Shown here: in pieces, positions 60,758 through 64,000 of the stretch
Numbering within the stretch: position 1 is the first letter of the stretch
Layout of the letters: every line of letters begins with the position of its first letter
NCBI GenBank assembly: GCA_963558245.1
Contig: CAUWGA010000001.1
Span: forward strand, 14,284 to 78,283
DNA: 64,000 bases
Source of the DNA: an uncultured Clostridia bacterium
GTDB lineage: Bacteria > Bacillota > Clostridia > TANB77 > CAG-508
Direction: 5' to 3'
Program-made: the position numbers and the translations under genes
The notes under the pieces: generated by a model
What the model saw: the letters and a program-made list of their open reading frames with translations, nothing else
Told to the model about the DNA's origin: nothing
Database searches by the model: none

Positions 60758-61646
60758 AATGCCAAGAAAAACAAAAGAACAAAATGAAAAAGAATTAGAA
60801 AATGAAATAAAAAAAACATCTAATAAAAGTAATAAAAAATCACATAATGCTGATATTTCTTCAAAGTCTATCAATAAAAAAAATGAAAACTCTACCGTCA
60901 ATACCCAAAAATCTACTGCAAAAAAAGTAAATAAAACAGCTAAGTCAACAAAAACTTCAAAGACAACTACTACAAAAAAAACAAAATCTACAGTTTCAAA
61001 ATCTAAAAAAGCTACTACTAAAAAAGTAACTGCTAAATCAAAACCAAATTCAGTAAAAAAACTTTCTAAATCAGTAGATATTGTTGAATATTACGATTTG
61101 CCATATAGATATAATCAAACTGTAGTAAAAGTTTTAGCTCAAACTCCATCAACTTTATTTATCTATTGGGATATTTCAGATAGTGATAGAAAAAAATTTG
61201 AAAAGCAATATGGAGAAAACTTTTTTCAAGATACTAAACCAGTATTAATTGTTCATAATGCTACATTAAATTATAGTTTTGAAGTCGAAATTAACGATTT
61301 TGCAAACAGTTGGTATTTGCATGTTGCTGATAGCAAATGTGATTATAAAATAGAACTTGGTAGACGTCCTATTGTAAAAACAGAACAATTTAAAAATACA
61401 AATTATATTTATGTAACAACTTCAAATGAAATGGAATCTCCTAATGATAAGATTCTAATTAATAAAGAACAAAAAATGGTTTATTTTAAAAATATAAAAA
61501 CAGGTCAAACTAAAGAAAAACCTTTTGCATCTTTATCATTTATTACAAACATGGGAAAAATCTATAATATTTATGATTTCTATAAAGCAATTTATAAAAA
61601 CGAAAATATTGATACTATTTATGATTTAAATAATCCATCTTCTTAG
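60758..61646 (+). CDS. DUF4912-domain protein with a Lys/Ser/Thr-rich disordered N-terminus
   Basis: AGGAGG RBS then ATG at 60758; C-terminal domain (YRYNQTVVKVLAQTPSTLFIYWDISD...SWYLHV) matches DUF4912, a family usually adjacent to GH57 genes. Confidence 0.6.
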
Positions 61647-61783
61647 TTATTGTAAATACAATTTTATTAAAATAACTAAATTTGAATGCGACATCCCTTC
61701 TTTAGAACTATACACTATATTTCTAAAAATGTCGCTTTTATTTTTGAAAACACAAAAAATACTAATTAAAAAGGAGATATATT

Positions 61784-63379
61784 ATGCAAGAGAAAAAAGG
61801 TTATGTAAGTTTTGTACTTCACGCTCACCTTCCTTTTATACATCATCCTGAAAGTGATGATTATTTAGAAGAATCTTGGCTTTATGAAGCTATTTCAGAA
61901 ACTTATATTCCATTACTTACAAATTTTCAAAAATTGATAGATGAAGGAGTTGATTTTAGAATTACAATGTCTATGACACCTCCTCTACTTTCTATGTTAG
62001 ACAATAAATTATTACAAAAAAAATATATTAATTATTTAAAAAAATTAATAGAACTTTCTAAAAAAGAAATTACTAGAACAGCTAATGACGAACGTTTAAA
62101 TAAATTATCTCATTATTATTTTGAACGTTATTCTAATGACCTACACCTATTTAAAGATGTTTATAAATGTAATTTAATTGAAGCATTTAAACATTTTCAA
62201 GATATTGGTGTTTTAGAAATTATTACCTGTGGTGCTACTCATGGATACTTTCCTATTTTATATGTTAATGAAAAAACAGTTAAAGCACAAATTGCTGTCG
62301 GAGTTCAAACATACGAAAAGTATTTCGGAAAAAAACCTCGTGGAATATGGCTTCCTGAATGTGGCTATGTTCCTGAAGCAGATAAATATTTAAAAGAATT
62401 TGGAATTGAATATATAATAACAGAATCTCATGGTATATTATATGCTGACCCTACACCTATTTATGGCACATTTGCTCCAATTGTTTCCCCTGAAGGTGTT
62501 GTAGCATTTGGTCGTGATATAGAATCTTCAAGACAAGTTTGGAGTTCTATAAATGGTTATCCTGGTGATTATAACTATCGTGAATTTTATCGTGACATTG
62601 GATATGAAGCTGATTATGACTATATAAAACCTTATATTGCTCATAATGGAGTTAGAGTTCATACTGGTATAAAATATTATAGAATTACTGGTGACACAGA
62701 CTTTAAAGATTATTATAATGTTCAATGGGCTAAAGATTCCGCTGAAAAACAAGCAGGTCATTTTTTAGATTCTAGAAATGTTCAAATAGAAAATTTATCT
62801 AATTATATGGAAACTCCACCTATCGTCTTATGCCCTTATGATGCTGAACTTTATGGTCATTGGTGGTATGAAGGTCCATATTGGTTATATATTTTATTTA
62901 AAAAAATTTATTATGATGACTGTAACTTCAAACTTATCACACCATCTGAATACATTGATAAATATCCTAATATTCAAGTCTCATCTCCTTGTCGTTCTAG
63001 TTGGGGTGCAAACGGCTACAGTGAAGTATGGTTAAATCCATCTAATGATTATGTCCACAGACATCTACATACCGCTGGAGATAGAATGTGTGAACTTGCT
63101 AATTTGTATCCTAATGCAAAAGGGTTAAAGAAAAAAGCATTAAATCAATGTGCTAGGGAACTTCTACTTGCACAAAGTAGCGATTGGTTATTTATTATAA
63201 CTAATGGAACAATGGTTGATTATGCTAAAAAAAGAATTAAAGACCATATTGGACGTTTTACTAAATTATATTATCAAATTAAAGAAAATAAAATTGATGA
63301 AGTATTTTTAAAAGACATAAATAAAAAAGACTGTCTATTCCCTGATATTGATTATAATATATATCGGTTAATTTTATAA
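61784..63379 (+). CDS. glycoside hydrolase family 57 protein (1,4-alpha-glucan branching enzyme-like)
   Basis: 531 aa; N-terminal HAHLPF motif, catalytic region (WLPECGY) and C-terminal DUF1957-like helical domain. Confidence 0.8.
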   Translation: MQEKKGYVSFVLHAHLPFIHHPESDDYLEESWLYEAISETYIPLLTNFQKLIDEGVDFRITMSMTPPLLSMLDNKLLQKKYINYLKKLIELSKKEITRTANDERLNKLSHYYFERYSNDLHLFKDVYKCNLIEAFKHFQDIGVLEIITCGATHGYFPILYVNEKTVKAQIAVGVQTYEKYFGKKPRGIWLPECGYVPEADKYLKEFGIEYIITESHGILYADPTPIYGTFAPIVSPEGVVAFGRDIESSRQVWSSINGYPGDYNYREFYRDIGYEADYDYIKPYIAHNGVRVHTGIKYYRITGDTDFKDYYNVQWAKDSAEKQAGHFLDSRNVQIENLSNYMETPPIVLCPYDAELYGHWWYEGPYWLYILFKKIYYDDCNFKLITPSEYIDKYPNIQVSSPCRSSWGANGYSEVWLNPSNDYVHRHLHTAGDRMCELANLYPNAKGLKKKALNQCARELLLAQSSDWLFIITNGTMVDYAKKRIKDHIGRFTKLYYQIKENKIDEVFLKDINKKDCLFPDIDYNIYRLIL

Positions 63380-63532
63380 AATTTTTAATATATTATTTTT
63401 AACGTATTAATATTAAATATTAATACGTTTTTTTATATATAAACAAGGTACTTTTTTATTTTATTCTCATACAATAATGTATAAGTTTCAAATATTTAGT
63501 AGATAATATATTTATTGGAAAGGAGATTTTAA

Positions 63533-64000
63533 TGAAATCATTATGTATAAAAACAAATAATTCTAATCTACTCCAATATCTACTAAATGAACTAAGGCAT
63601 TTAGAGTTAGATAATGTTTGTTTTTCGTTAAAAAACTTTAAACATTATAACAATGTTGTTATTCATTATAATGGTAATAATAGTTCTGAATTTATAAATA
63701 AAATCTCATATATTTTATCTATAATGGTTATTGATGAATTAGAAGATCAAATATTAACTAATATTATTTCTCAAAATTATTTTTACTTTAATATGGATGA
63801 ACAAAAACAAATTATAAATTTATGTTTTGATATTATGATAGAAAACTTTTCAAATCATTTTGAACAAAAATTACAAATTCTAAATTCATTATTTTATAAT
63901 TACTTACTATGTAATAAATCATTATATTTAACTGGTTTCCTAACTTTTAGAATGCAAAATTACATTAATATTTTAGATACCATATTAAGCGAAGCTGTAA
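63533..64000 (+). CDS. hypothetical protein, 3'-truncated by the window edge (possibly YtxC-like sporulation-associated)
   Basis: ORF with GGAGA RBS continues past the window end; no confident family signature. Confidence 0.3.

Overview
Low-GC (about 25-28% GC) chromosomal segment from a spore-forming Firmicute of the class Clostridia. The assignment rests on the sporulation gene spoVS, the rny-ymdB-spoVS and recA-recX synteny, and a BceRS/BceAB-type module. Most of the window is conserved housekeeping: smpB, fba, recA/recX, scpA, rqcH, rny, ileS under a T-box leader, a pta-ackA-ackA operon, trmB, trxB, murT/gatD, nrdD, hisS, relA, recJ, fabI and accD/accA. These are interspersed with accessory genes: a Bce-like peptide-antibiotic resistance module followed by a large repeat-domain surface protein, a divergent DnaB-family helicase paralog, a radical-SAM/DUF4130/HD trio, a eukaryotic-type pyrimidine 5'-nucleotidase, an Rpn-family nuclease, and a DUF4912-GH57 pair. 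The main feature not explained by gene annotation is a family of eight nested-palindrome, MITE-like repeats. Each has 37-43 bp terminal inverted repeats that are themselves hairpins (AATGTCCA...TGGACATT), and the longer copies carry a perfect 28-30 bp inner inverted repeat and a higher-GC core of 78-85 bp. In every full copy (5 of 5) the element butts against or overlaps a gene end. One copy supplies the last 12 codons and the stop codon of accA, several overlap stop codons of flanking genes, and several sit 3-20 nt from a ribosome-binding site. The element class is unassigned; no transposase is present in the window and the target-site duplication is unclear. All calls come from reading the sequence and from family knowledge; no database searches were run.
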